Shown here piece by piece: positions 37,634 through 48,760 of a stretch of DNA of 64,000 bases. The stretch's first letter is position 1, and each line of letters begins with the position of its first letter. A model generated the notes under the pieces. That model saw only the letters and a program-made list of their open reading frames with translations. It was not told the origin of the DNA and ran no database searches. The position numbers and the translations under genes are program-made. The DNA comes from a virus. Its lineage: Duplodnaviria > Caudoviricetes. The DNA is taken from positions 64,001 through 128,000 of the IMG/VR virus record IMGVR_UViG_3300028591_003737; one strand, written 5' to 3'.

Positions 37634-40600
37634 ATGGCAACAATACTTTGGGATCAAGAGATTGATAAAACAATTGATTGGGCTGGTGATGTTAATACTG
37701 GTAACGCACCTGTTTCTGGAAAGTATGTACAAAAATTTATCAAAGACACTCTTGCAAAGAAGTTTGGTTACATGTATTATGATAGATCTGCTCTTAAATA
37801 CTTAGTATTTGCAGATGAAGATGATTATAATACATATTCATTAGATCCTACAAATAATAGCAGCTTATTGCTTGCAACATTCGATGCTCCAGCACCTGCT
37901 ACTATTTCTATTGTAGATTCTTCAGACTATAATGTAACAACACTTTTAACAGCAAGTCAAAGAAAATTACACTTCAATTATTATATCATTGATAAGTCAA
38001 GTAATGCTGTAGCTGAAAACGTTTCTATGAGAGTTTTAATTACTCGTAGTGGTGAATCTCAGTCATTTACTGATACTATCTCAATCGATAGAGAGAATTA
38101 TAATAAACCTGAAGTTGGTACATATAAGGAAATAGAACTTGATAGTTATCTTACAGAAGAAGGTAACTATACAATTACTATTACCTTAACAGGTCTTAAC
38201 ACCCAAGCTTCAACAACTTTAACATATTTCTATACAGTTGTTAATCTTGATCTTTCATTAGATAACTTTAAGTATTATATTCCATTTGATAGCACAGAAG
38301 GTACATTTGAAATTTCATTTACTGCTAAAGGTGCTGCTGGTATTCAGAAATCAATGGAAGTATACATTGATGGTGAAGAATTAAATCAGGAAGGATTAGG
38401 ATTTAGAAATGCTTTCTCAAGTGGTAATACAATCGGTGGTGGTGCTTCTATTACTGATTATCTTACTCTTTACAATAAAGATATTAATGGTAATCTTGTA
38501 AAATGGGGAACAGATATTGAAAATAGTAATTTATGGAATAAATCAAAATTTGCTCCTGGTAAGCACTCAATTCAGTTAAGAATTTCTATTCCTGGTGAAG
38601 AACTTGATAAGCCATTCTACTCAAAGACAAAATACTTTGACTTTGTTGTAGTAGATCCTGAATCAACATTAAAACCAACTTACTTACTTTATGCTACTGA
38701 TGTTGAAGCTGGTAAGATTTTCGATGTTAATAGTCCTATCGAAATTACTGGTCAACAGTATACATCTATTGGTTTAAATGTTGCTGCAGTTGATGTTGGT
38801 AATAGAAAAACAGTTGTTAATTATAATATTGAAGGTGAAACTTCACATACAACTAATTCAATTCAGCACACTGTAGATAATCAAACTGTTGATACATTCG
38901 AATATATCTTCGATACTCCTGATACATATGTATTAACAGTAACTGATGGTTTCACAAATTCAGTACAGGTTGAAGCTAAAATTACAGTAACAGCTTTCAA
39001 TACTAATGGTGAAAAACTTGAAGAACAAGATCAATCTAACTTACTTGTTAAATATACAGCTCTTAATAGAAGTAATTCTGAATTAAATAAGACAGTTTGG
39101 GAAAACAGTGCTATTAACTTCTCACACAATAAATATTCTGCAATATTTAACAATGTTCTTTGGAATGACCAATCTGGTTGGAATGGTGAAGCACTTGTAC
39201 TTAAGAATGGTGCTACAGTAGAACTTCCAGTTGATTTATTTAGTATTTTCGATAATGCTGGTCTTGGTCTTACATTTGAAATTGATTTTGAAACATTCGA
39301 TGTTCAAAATGATGATGCTTTAGTTATGGACTATAGCGATAATCAATTAATTAACTCTTCATATATTAAGATTACCGCTACACAAGCATCTATGAATTCT
39401 AATAAAGGTATTTTCCTTAAGACAAACTTCAAGGATAATACAAGAAATAAGATTGCATTCGTATTTAACCCTACAACAAAAGTAGAAGGTGGTATTTCTC
39501 AGGGTACAGGTAATCCTAACCTTATGTTAATCTATGTTAACGGTGTTCTTGACCGTGCAGGTAAATGGGGTAATGGTGAACCAGCATCAGATGATATTAA
39601 CTGGACAAATCCTAATACTAAATCAATTATTATTGGTAATACAACAGGTGAAGCTGGTATTAAGGTTTATAGTATTAGAATTTATCGTTCATCACTTGTT
39701 CCTGAACAGGCATTTATGAACTATATCGTTGACCAGGGTAAGAATATTCCTGCAATTATTAATAAAAACCACGTTATTGATGAAAGTGGTAATATCAGCT
39801 TAGACTTAGTAAAGGGTAAGATTCCTACACTTATTCTTTCAACTGATTACACTTTAATCAATAACCAAACAAATAAGAAGAATAATACTCAGTATGAATT
39901 ACAGTATTTTGACCCAATTGATCCAACTCTTAACTTCTATGTAAGAAATGGTTGGTTATCATGTCAGGGTACTTCTTCTATGCAATATCCTATTAAGAAC
40001 TTACGTCCTTATTTCAATAAACAGGCTAATGAAAAAACATTCTCATTTGGTATTTCATCAAGTGCTGCAGCTCAGGCATTAATTTCTAATGGTATTAGTG
40101 TTACTCCTAACTTTAATACAGAATTCTGGCCAGCATGTGAATATAACAATGATTCAATCGGTAATCATGAAGAAGATGTTGCTTCATTCGTTGATGCTAA
40201 TGGTATTCTTCCTTATTCTGTTAATAAGAAAGAAGTTGTAAAAGATAAGGAATTTAAGAATGATAATGGTGATAATGAATTCCATGAAATTGGTAAAGGT
40301 TTATCTAAAGAATATAAGATTGATTTAGGTACTAAATATTTTGGTAAGACTGAAATTTATTATCTTAATGGTACTGCTACTGTTAAAGGTAAAGAAGTTG
40401 ATCACTATGAAATATTAACTCTTGCTGATGGTCAATCAGCTAAAGATGCTATAACAAATCTTGTAGAAGCTGGTAAATCTATTTATATCTCAGCATATCG
40501 TCCACTTCTTAGATATGGTTGGGAAATTGGTTCTGATGATTATTGGATTTATATAAAACAACTTAGATATTCTGGTCAGAAATTATTTACTAAGGAAGTT

Positions 40601-43600
40601 ATCTCTGATCAAGATGGTAATGTTTTAGGTATTAGATATAATAAAGCTAAGAAGCTTAATAAAGATACAGAATATTACGGTTTAGGTGCTTGTTGGAGAC
40701 AATATGCTGAACCTCTTCACTACTCTGGTTGGACAGATAAATGGACACTTAAAACTGACTATGCTGAATCTTCAATGTGTCATAACTCTGGTATTGCTAG
40801 AGTATGGGGTAATGCTCTTAGAAATGTAATGCTTAATGGTGTTGCAGTTGGTTTAACAAAGGCACAGGGTTGTTCTAATGATCCATATTTCATTGATATT
40901 AGAACTTCTTGTGATGGTAAACCTGTTGTTCTTTTTGTAAAGAATCCTATTGGTTATGATGAAACAACTGGTAAAGTTGTATATGGTTCAGCTGAATTTG
41001 CTGGATTATTCAATATCATGACTGATAAATCTTCTACTCCATTATTTGGTTTCGAAGATATTAAAGATGAAAATAATAAATATTTATTTATCGCTAATGC
41101 AGACCTTGAAGATGATAAATCTAAGATTCCTGTAGGACAAGAAGATAATAAAGTTCAATGTTGGGAATTCTTACAGAATGGTTCTGCTCTTGGTACTGGT
41201 AATTCTCTTGCATTTGATACTCCTGGTGCAGCAGTATACAATGAAAAGGGTGAATTAATTTCTGGTGAAGTTACATATGCTGATGCTCAAACAGATAAAA
41301 AATTAGGTAAGAATATTGGTGAAGGTCGTCCAATCTTTACAGATTTTGAACCAAGATGGCCTGAAAGTGGTGAAGCTTATCATGAAGGTGATATGAACTT
41401 CTTCCAGGATGATGTATTCGGTGTTGAATCTAATTCATTTGAATCATTCTGGAACTGGCTTAACTTCACTAAACCAGCTGTTAACTATATAGTTTCTGGT
41501 AAATCTGGTTATGACTTCAGTCCTTATGTACCATTTGCAAATACTGCAGAAGCTGTATCTTGGAAAGCAGCTAACCCAGATAAACATATCTATATTCAGT
41601 GGAATAATTCAGGTAATATTGCTTATGCTGAAGAAGGTACACAATATGGTCTTAAGGGTGAAGAAACAATATTTGAATTTAATCCAAATATTGAAGGTCA
41701 ACCAATTTATTGGTTAGATGAATCAATTGATTATGAAGATGTTTCTAAATCACTTAATAATGCTAAGATTGGTGAAGTTTGGGGAAGTGATGTTTATGAA
41801 GTTCCTATTTATGGATTTGACTCTCTTAACCGTTTCGTTGATTCTGAAACAGGTTCAATCAATGAAGATGAAGCTTCTAAGTATGCAGTAACAGTATATA
41901 TGTCAAGAAATGGTAGAACATATACATATACAGATTGTTATGGCGTAACTAAGACATATGCTAATAGTTCTGAAATTTCTGATGATGAATATATGAGAGC
42001 AAGTGATGGTATATCATATGCTCAAAAGACATTTATGCAATTCTTCAGTGCAACTAAGTATGATCACTTAGATGTTTATAAAGTAGCTGCATATTATGTA
42101 TATATTATGAGATTCGGTGCTGTTGACCAGGTTGTTAAAAACTGTATGATGACATCAGAAGATGGTAAGCACTGGTATTTCATTAACTATGATAATGATA
42201 CTACTCTTGGTGTTAGAAATGATGCTCAGTTAATCTTTAACTGGGACTTCGATAGAGATACTTATGACTATTCAGGTAACTCATATGCTTACGCTGGTGC
42301 TAAGTCAGTTCTTTGGAATAACCTTTCAATGGATAATGACTTTATGAATATCGTTAAAGCAATTGATGCAGTTATGTATTCAACTGGTTTACTTTCAGCT
42401 AAAGCAGTTCTTGAATATCTTGATGAAAAACAAATGAATGTTTGGTGTGAAAGACTTTATAATAGTCAGGAACAGATCAAGTATCTTTCAACATTCAAGA
42501 ATAATTTTGAAACTGATAAATTCTTGTTATTCATGCAAGGAACAAGACATTCACATAGACAGTGGTGGGTAAATCACCGTTGGGAATTATTCGATGCTAT
42601 GTGGAGTAATGGTTCTTATGCTGATAAGAAGATTAAATATTATGAAGTTATTACAGATGCTTCTAATACTAATGAACTTGAATTCTTAAAGATTACAGCT
42701 GCTTCTAAGTATTACTTCACAGTTCAGAAGAACAATAATACAATTAATGGTGGTTTTGTTGAATTAAAGGCAGGTGAAAGTGCTTCATTCAAGACAAAAG
42801 AAAATATTGCTATTGGTGACCCTATGGTATTCATTGGTCCTCATAAGACTAAAGTTCTTAACTTCCGTCCTGGTAATAGATATCTTTCTGCAACACTTTC
42901 ACTTAATGAAACTTATCAGATCACAGAATCAGATGGTGTTACTAAGAGAAATACTAACTGGGTAGCAGAAGGTGGTACAATGATGAGTAAGTTATTAATT
43001 GGTAATGGTGTAACTAATTGTCCTGTAACTAATATCTCTGGTCTTAATGATATTTCTTCTCTTGAAGAAATTGATATTAGAAACTGTACATTATTAACAG
43101 CTTCACCATCAGTTAATAGACTTTCTAACTTACATATCTTTAGAGCAACTGGTTCAACATGTACAGTATTTGAACCTGCACAAGGTGTTATCTTACAAGA
43201 AGTTTCACTTCCTTCAGATAATGCTGCAGCATCAGGTGAAATTTATGTAACTGATGAACAAGGTAATCTTATTCCTAAGAAGGATGAACAAGGAAACATC
43301 TTAACTGATGAACAAGGTAATACTATTTATGAAACACAAAGAGTTTCTAATGTATATGCTCTTCAAACATTATCTCTTAATAGAGTAATCTTCCAGGCAC
43401 CTAATGAAAATTATGTTGTTTACCAGGAAGGTACTGATAATGATGCTCTTCCATATTCATTTGATGAAGAAGGTCATCTTACAGGTGTTTATACAGATGA
43501 TAAAGCATATAGATATACTTCAGAAAGTAAAGCAATCTTTGATGTACAACCTACAGCAAGATTAACTAATGTAACATTTAATAATGTTGTTGGTCTTGAT

Positions 43601-46498
43601 ACAAAACAATTTGTATTAGATTGGAAAGACAAAGTTGTTGCTTCTGGTGAATCATTAAGTAGTAGACTTGTTGTTCTTAGTGGTATTGATTGGAAGGATA
43701 TTACAGTATCTCAACTTATTGAATTCGTATTTGGTGTTAAAGCTGATGGTTCAAGAACTGCTACATTTAATATCAAAGAATTCACAGGTACAGTTAAGGT
43801 TAAATCAGATGATCCTGAAAATAGTTCAATTAGTATTGATGAATATAATAGAATTATTGAATTCTTCGGAGAAAATGCATTTGATCCTGAAAACCCTGTA
43901 TTTATTACATGTAATGATGGTATTTTCTATCAGCCAACATCTACAACAAAACAAGTTGTTCTTAGTTCTTATGATGCTGATAGTGTTGCTTATTCTCTTG
44001 TATCAAGATATGGTAATGTATATGAACTTATTAGAGGAGATGAATTTAAAGTAAAAGCTACAATCTTCCCTAATGATGGTACAAAATATGTATATGTATT
44101 AACTGGTTTCACTAGAAATAATCCATTTACAATTACACCATCAGAATCATTAGTTTATAATCATGGTACTTCAGGTGCTAGATTAGTAAATAATGCAGAT
44201 GGTACAGCTACACTTAAATTCGCTGAAGGTTCAGTATATACAAACTATATATTCGCAATTACTGTATGTAGATTAAATGATGATGGTACTCCTGATTTCA
44301 CAACATCATCAGTATATGATGAAGATCATAATATTTACATTGGTTCAGTAGCAAGAAATATTCCTGTTGCAAATCAAATTACTGTAAATATTGATAGTGA
44401 TACTAGAAATATTACTGAATATAATGTTGTTGATGAAAACAAACATACTGTTAAATTTAATTTACCTGCTAATACTAATGCAGCAGTAAATGAAGTTAAT
44501 ATTACTTTAAGTAATATTGGTTATGCAGAAAATATTACTATTGATAAGGATAATTTCAGAATTGAAAATAATGTTGTAAGTGTTGATTTTGAATGTGTAA
44601 TTCCTGCAGAAAAGATTGAAAACTTAGCTGTTACATTTGGTCTTATCTTCGATACAACAGATGCTTCAATTAGAGAAGTAAATAAGATAATTACATTTAC
44701 AATCACTCCTATTTATCCTTCATCAATTACATTATTAAATGGTGAAGATACTATTACTGATAGATTTGTAATTAATCAAAGTGGTGAATATAATTTCAGT
44801 ATTGAAGTAAATCCTTCAAATTATAATGTTGAAGTTACTGAATTAACACTTTCTTCAGAAAATGTATTTGGTGGTAACCATCGTCAAGTAACATATTCTG
44901 AAATTGAAAATAATACTTTCAAGATAACTGTTAACAATACTAATTATGAATCATTCGCAAGAAGAGATAATATTACAATAACATTAGTAAATAAATTTGA
45001 TACTAATAAACAGAATACAATTACTAAGACAATTGAAGTAGAAACATTTATAGTATATCCTGAAAATACTTATGTTGCTATCCAGGATTATAATGGTAAT
45101 ACTGAAAATTATATCAGAACAAATACTACTGATAGAAATCTTGCTGATATTTATGTATTAAATGGTCAGGGTACAATTAATCCTCATAGCTTATCTAATT
45201 ATACTAGTTTAATAAGTGGTTCAGAAGTAATATATGCTAAGATATTACCTGAAAATGTTGAGATGTTTGTTCCTGGTGTAAGTACTCCAGAAGTATTTGA
45301 ACCTACTGAAGATTATACAATTACAATTGGTAATAATATTAATGTTGTAAGTAGTAGTATTGAACAAGTTTCTTCTGATGATGTTAATGTAACAATCGAT
45401 GGTAATACACTTGCTATTAAGATTGCTGCTAATACAAATATCATTGCAACAGTAACAATTAGTGGTACTTATACAATTGTATATGATGTTGATAGAGATG
45501 ATACAACAAATAATGGAGTTAATAATACTTATAACTTTACAATTAATGTAAATTATACATTAGCAACTCAAACAACATATACTAAATTAAGTGCTGGTGA
45601 ATATTACTTAGTTGATGAAAATTCTAACTATTATTCAGTAGATCTTGATGGAGAATATAATCTTACTGAAGAATCAAGAAATAGAATTACTAGAGCTCAT
45701 AACTTAGGTATTAAATTTGCTGGTGTCGGTTATAATAGCCAAACATCTACTCAGATAATTCCTCACTTTATTGCTCTTGTTGATGATAGCAGATACTTTA
45801 GAACAATTGGTGAATTTACTGCTAATGGTGCTAATTCTCCTGTTCCTGTATTCTATCCTCAAAGTGCTAAAACAGGTATTATTGAATCAGCATATCATAA
45901 TGATAATGATAATGATATTAGATTTAATGGTAATGATAATACAGAATACTGGTATGATTTATTACAAGAAGCTAATGATTATCTTGATTCAGGATTTAAT
46001 GCTATCTATAGTAAATATGGTACTACTTTAAATATTACTCCTAAGGTATATGGACAAATGAGAACAGGTAAAGTTCTTCTTTATATTCCTACAAATAAAG
46101 AACTTACTGGTTTCTTTGGAACATCTACAACAACATATATACAGATTGATAAGATTATTGAATACCTTAATACTAAGGAAGGAAATAATTATATGTTAAT
46201 TGCAAATATATTATATGATAAGGATGGATTTAGAACTGGTTCTGTAGGTAATGATGTTCATGGTGTTGATAATAATATGTTAAATAATCTTGGAGATTAT
46301 GATAAGATTATGCTTATATTAACATCTAATGCTAATAATACAGCTTCTTCTGCTCATGTAGTAGCAAGAATTGGTGTTAAGAATGCAGGTGGTGCAAATA
46401 GTGTATTTGTAAATACTCCAATTACATTAAATATTGTTACACAATATTATGGTCACTATAACTATACATCAATTTTACCATTCGTAAAGGTATCTTAA
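37634..46498 (+). CDS. giant (2954 aa) probable virion protein: LamG-like, CotH-kinase-like, LRR and Ig-like regions
   Basis: LTFEIDF...LIYVNGV...IKVYSIRIY (LamG); QGTSS..YP.KN, TLKTDYAESS..HN, DQVVKN, YDNDTTLG (CotH-like); LRR. Confidence 0.8.
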   Translation: MATILWDQEIDKTIDWAGDVNTGNAPVSGKYVQKFIKDTLAKKFGYMYYDRSALKYLVFADEDDYNTYSLDPTNNSSLLLATFDAPAPATISIVDSSDYNVTTLLTASQRKLHFNYYIIDKSSNAVAENVSMRVLITRSGESQSFTDTISIDRENYNKPEVGTYKEIELDSYLTEEGNYTITITLTGLNTQASTTLTYFYTVVNLDLSLDNFKYYIPFDSTEGTFEISFTAKGAAGIQKSMEVYIDGEELNQEGLGFRNAFSSGNTIGGGASITDYLTLYNKDINGNLVKWGTDIENSNLWNKSKFAPGKHSIQLRISIPGEELDKPFYSKTKYFDFVVVDPESTLKPTYLLYATDVEAGKIFDVNSPIEITGQQYTSIGLNVAAVDVGNRKTVVNYNIEGETSHTTNSIQHTVDNQTVDTFEYIFDTPDTYVLTVTDGFTNSVQVEAKITVTAFNTNGEKLEEQDQSNLLVKYTALNRSNSELNKTVWENSAINFSHNKYSAIFNNVLWNDQSGWNGEALVLKNGATVELPVDLFSIFDNAGLGLTFEIDFETFDVQNDDALVMDYSDNQLINSSYIKITATQASMNSNKGIFLKTNFKDNTRNKIAFVFNPTTKVEGGISQGTGNPNLMLIYVNGVLDRAGKWGNGEPASDDINWTNPNTKSIIIGNTTGEAGIKVYSIRIYRSSLVPEQAFMNYIVDQGKNIPAIINKNHVIDESGNISLDLVKGKIPTLILSTDYTLINNQTNKKNNTQYELQYFDPIDPTLNFYVRNGWLSCQGTSSMQYPIKNLRPYFNKQANEKTFSFGISSSAAAQALISNGISVTPNFNTEFWPACEYNNDSIGNHEEDVASFVDANGILPYSVNKKEVVKDKEFKNDNGDNEFHEIGKGLSKEYKIDLGTKYFGKTEIYYLNGTATVKGKEVDHYEILTLADGQSAKDAITNLVEAGKSIYISAYRPLLRYGWEIGSDDYWIYIKQLRYSGQKLFTKEVISDQDGNVLGIRYNKAKKLNKDTEYYGLGACWRQYAEPLHYSGWTDKWTLKTDYAESSMCHNSGIARVWGNALRNVMLNGVAVGLTKAQGCSNDPYFIDIRTSCDGKPVVLFVKNPIGYDETTGKVVYGSAEFAGLFNIMTDKSSTPLFGFEDIKDENNKYLFIANADLEDDKSKIPVGQEDNKVQCWEFLQNGSALGTGNSLAFDTPGAAVYNEKGELISGEVTYADAQTDKKLGKNIGEGRPIFTDFEPRWPESGEAYHEGDMNFFQDDVFGVESNSFESFWNWLNFTKPAVNYIVSGKSGYDFSPYVPFANTAEAVSWKAANPDKHIYIQWNNSGNIAYAEEGTQYGLKGEETIFEFNPNIEGQPIYWLDESIDYEDVSKSLNNAKIGEVWGSDVYEVPIYGFDSLNRFVDSETGSINEDEASKYAVTVYMSRNGRTYTYTDCYGVTKTYANSSEISDDEYMRASDGISYAQKTFMQFFSATKYDHLDVYKVAAYYVYIMRFGAVDQVVKNCMMTSEDGKHWYFINYDNDTTLGVRNDAQLIFNWDFDRDTYDYSGNSYAYAGAKSVLWNNLSMDNDFMNIVKAIDAVMYSTGLLSAKAVLEYLDEKQMNVWCERLYNSQEQIKYLSTFKNNFETDKFLLFMQGTRHSHRQWWVNHRWELFDAMWSNGSYADKKIKYYEVITDASNTNELEFLKITAASKYYFTVQKNNNTINGGFVELKAGESASFKTKENIAIGDPMVFIGPHKTKVLNFRPGNRYLSATLSLNETYQITESDGVTKRNTNWVAEGGTMMSKLLIGNGVTNCPVTNISGLNDISSLEEIDIRNCTLLTASPSVNRLSNLHIFRATGSTCTVFEPAQGVILQEVSLPSDNAAASGEIYVTDEQGNLIPKKDEQGNILTDEQGNTIYETQRVSNVYALQTLSLNRVIFQAPNENYVVYQEGTDNDALPYSFDEEGHLTGVYTDDKAYRYTSESKAIFDVQPTARLTNVTFNNVVGLDTKQFVLDWKDKVVASGESLSSRLVVLSGIDWKDITVSQLIEFVFGVKADGSRTATFNIKEFTGTVKVKSDDPENSSISIDEYNRIIEFFGENAFDPENPVFITCNDGIFYQPTSTTKQVVLSSYDADSVAYSLVSRYGNVYELIRGDEFKVKATIFPNDGTKYVYVLTGFTRNNPFTITPSESLVYNHGTSGARLVNNADGTATLKFAEGSVYTNYIFAITVCRLNDDGTPDFTTSSVYDEDHNIYIGSVARNIPVANQITVNIDSDTRNITEYNVVDENKHTVKFNLPANTNAAVNEVNITLSNIGYAENITIDKDNFRIENNVVSVDFECVIPAEKIENLAVTFGLIFDTTDASIREVNKIITFTITPIYPSSITLLNGEDTITDRFVINQSGEYNFSIEVNPSNYNVEVTELTLSSENVFGGNHRQVTYSEIENNTFKITVNNTNYESFARRDNITITLVNKFDTNKQNTITKTIEVETFIVYPENTYVAIQDYNGNTENYIRTNTTDRNLADIYVLNGQGTINPHSLSNYTSLISGSEVIYAKILPENVEMFVPGVSTPEVFEPTEDYTITIGNNINVVSSSIEQVSSDDVNVTIDGNTLAIKIAANTNIIATVTISGTYTIVYDVDRDDTTNNGVNNTYNFTINVNYTLATQTTYTKLSAGEYYLVDENSNYYSVDLDGEYNLTEESRNRITRAHNLGIKFAGVGYNSQTSTQIIPHFIALVDDSRYFRTIGEFTANGANSPVPVFYPQSAKTGIIESAYHNDNDNDIRFNGNDNTEYWYDLLQEANDYLDSGFNAIYSKYGTTLNITPKVYGQMRTGKVLLYIPTNKELTGFFGTSTTTYIQIDKIIEYLNTKEGNNYMLIANILYDKDGFRTGSVGNDVHGVDNNMLNNLGDYDKIMLILTSNANNTASSAHVVARIGVKNAGGANSVFVNTPITLNIVTQYYGHYNYTSILPFVKVS

Positions 46499-46525
46499 TT
46501 AAGAAATATATAAAATTAAAATATA

Positions 46526-47071
46526 ATGAATACATTTTTTAATAATTTCGGAAAAACATCAGAATTCAAATATATTGTTGAATTAAATGATGGTAAGTAT
46601 CTTGTTAGTTTTGATAAAGTTGATATATTAGTTGATGAAGTAGTTTACAAAAATAGTAAACCAGTTAAAACTGGAAACTCTTTACCATCTGGTGAATCTG
46701 TATGGAAATCAATTATTTTGGATTTCCATGCAGATCCAGTAACAATAGCAAATACATTAACTCAGTTAATTGACAAAGATACTCAATATAATATTATTAA
46801 TTCATTCATTTGGAATGGTTATAATGTTTACTTAAGTAAAGAAAACCAAATGAATTATAAAAATGCATATGATTTAGCAGTATCAACAAATGGAGAATCA
46901 CTCCCTGTAACATTTAAATTTAAAAAGAATGGAAAAGGTGTATATTATACATTTGATACTGTTGCTGAATTAAAAGATTTTTATATCAAATTAAACAAAC
47001 ATATTAATGGTTGTTTAGAAAATGGATGGAAACGTAAAGATGATATTATTGCAGACAATTATAAAATTTAA
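46526..47071 (+). CDS. tail-fibre-associated protein (DUF4376-like)
   Basis: FIWNG..VYLS.ENQ.NYK.AYDLA..T.G.SLPVTFK...GW..KD. Confidence 0.7.
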   Translation: MNTFFNNFGKTSEFKYIVELNDGKYLVSFDKVDILVDEVVYKNSKPVKTGNSLPSGESVWKSIILDFHADPVTIANTLTQLIDKDTQYNIINSFIWNGYNVYLSKENQMNYKNAYDLAVSTNGESLPVTFKFKKNGKGVYYTFDTVAELKDFYIKLNKHINGCLENGWKRKDDIIADNYKI

Positions 47072-47096
47072 TATTTTATAAAGTATATTTATTTTG

Positions 47097-47135
47097 AAGA
47101 ATGTGTATAATTTACTTTATACACATTCTTTTTTT
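47097..47135 (+). terminator. intrinsic terminator
   Basis: AAGAATGTGTATAA-N6-TTATACACATTCTT plus T-run. Confidence 0.8.
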
Positions 47136-47167
47136 ATTTTTATATATAAAATATATATAATTTAATT

Positions 47168-47455
47168 ATGTCTGCTCAAATTGGAATTCCTACTTATAAA
47201 GATGAAATTAATGCAGTAAAACTTAATGAAATTAAAGAATATATTAATGGTTTATGTTTTGATTTTGCTAAATTATCATCTACAGAAGCAATTGAAAATA
47301 GAGAATCAGATGGTTATGAAGCATATGCACATCAATATGAACATGATATGGCTATAATGAAAGATATTGTTTCATTAGCACAAAAATTACAAAATACAGT
47401 TAATGATTCATTATTTGCTATTGCAACTCGCGAAGTTTATTCTCATTTAGTATAA
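47168..47455 (+). CDS. hypothetical protein
   Basis: 95 aa after class-2 motif at 47131. Confidence 0.7.
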   Translation: MSAQIGIPTYKDEINAVKLNEIKEYINGLCFDFAKLSSTEAIENRESDGYEAYAHQYEHDMAIMKDIVSLAQKLQNTVNDSLFAIATREVYSHLV

Positions 47456-47493
47456 AAAAATAAAGGTATCAATATTGATACCTTTTTATTTTT
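47455..47493. terminator. bidirectional terminator between convergent genes
   Basis: palindrome AAAGGTATCAATATTGATACCTTT flanked by A- and T-tracts. Confidence 0.75.
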
Positions 47494-47924
47494 TAGAAAC
47501 TAGGATCTCGATATGGTTTTGCACTTCCAAAATAAACTGGTGAAGAATAACCATACTGACCGGTCTTAACTAATTTTCTCCATTCTCCTTTCTTTCTCTT
47601 AGAATAAGTTTCACACTTCTTTCTATCTATTTTATGAAAATCTTCATACCACATTATTCCATCTTCATCAACAGAAATATTACTCTGATTATAAATATTA
47701 TTTTCATCAAATTCGTGAAGACGTTTAAGAAGAATTCTCTTAGGAGTTAAATTATCTACACAAACAACAGCATATCTATCAGAACCAACATATTCTGTAC
47801 CCATCATTCCTGGTTTAGGATCCCAATCAGATTTATTTGTTAAATCTAATTTTTTTAAAGGAATTTCATTAATAGGAGTTCTATTAGGAAGATCTACTTT
47901 AAGATTTTTATCAAGCTTCAGCAT
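47493..47924 (-). CDS. conserved phage hypothetical protein
   Basis: P.PGM.GT...GSDRY ... G....YRDPSF. Confidence 0.7.
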   Translation of the reverse strand: MLKLDKNLKVDLPNRTPINEIPLKKLDLTNKSDWDPKPGMMGTEYVGSDRYAVVCVDNLTPKRILLKRLHEFDENNIYNQSNISVDEDGIMWYEDFHKIDRKKCETYSKRKKGEWRKLVKTGQYGYSSPVYFGSAKPYRDPSF

Positions 47925-47950
47925 AATATTATTGTTTGTTTTACATTAAT

Positions 47951-47978
47951 AATATAGTTAATTTTTTAGAAAATTCAA
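47951..47978 (-). promoter_or_regulatory. class-1 promoter TTGAA-N16-CTATATT
   Basis: motif match, followed by AATGTAA as at 421 and 19261. Confidence 0.6.
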
Positions 47979-48244
47979 TTTACTTTATCTAAATAATCAA
48001 CTAACTTCCAATATCTTTCATCTAAACCAAACAATTCTTCATATGCTTGTAAAACAGTATTATATCCATCACAATATCCTGTATCAAGTATACTATTAAT
48101 AAAATCTCTGATATCTTGAATTTTAGCATCTAACTTTCTTTTTGTCCAGAATCTACGTGATGATTGTCTACCTCTTACTCCTTTCTTCCAAAGTTCAAAC
48201 TCTTCTTTTGGTAATTCTTCAAGTATTATATCTTCTTCTATCAT
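47975..48244 (-). CDS. hypothetical protein
   Basis: 89 aa. Confidence 0.65.
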   Translation of the reverse strand: MIEEDIILEELPKEEFELWKKGVRGRQSSRRFWTKRKLDAKIQDIRDFINSILDTGYCDGYNTVLQAYEELFGLDERYWKLVDYLDKVN

Positions 48245-48588
48245 ACTATATCTCTAAAATAATTACATTGAAAAAAGTCAATAACTGTATATATATCATC
48301 TGGATTTAATAAATCATAATTTAATGTATTATTATTTTCAAATAATATATATAAATCATTATTTGTGTATAGATTCTTTATAAATCCAGATATATTTCTA
48401 TTATTTATAATAAAATCTTTTACCATATCATGTGCTTTAAAAATTTGAGAATTATTATCAACATGACATGTTATATATTTACTATCTTCAGACTCAGTAT
48501 TATAACAATTTGACATAAATTTACTAAGTCTATTTAATATTTCTTCTTTTATACTTTCTTTATTCATAGTCTTCAATTTTTTCTTCAA
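48241..48588 (-). CDS. hypothetical protein
   Basis: true start probably MNKES. Confidence 0.6.
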   Translation of the reverse strand: MKKKLKTMNKESIKEEILNRLSKFMSNCYNTESEDSKYITCHVDNNSQIFKAHDMVKDFIINNRNISGFIKNLYTNNDLYILFENNNTLNYDLLNPDDIYTVIDFFQCNYFRDIV

Positions 48589-48760
48589 TACAATTTACTT
48601 TAAAACTTACTTCTCCCCAATGATCAAGAGAATCAAAAAGCTGTAAATCAACTTGATTTTTCCAATTTTCAAGTTTTTCTTCAAAGGTATCACCTTCCAT
48701 ATTTGAAGTATCTATCTCAGCAGTTACCTCAAATTTTACTACTAATTTTTTATCTTCCAT
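48560..48760 (-). CDS. hypothetical protein
   Basis: 66 aa. Confidence 0.65.
   Translation of the reverse strand: MEDKKLVVKFEVTAEIDTSNMEGDTFEEKLENWKNQVDLQLFDSLDHWGEVSFKVNCIEEKIEDYE

Noticed and set aside
39534-46031. Short alternative-frame ORFs inside the 2954-aa gene
   Set aside because: Leu/Met-rich off-frame translations caused by the codon bias of the real gene.
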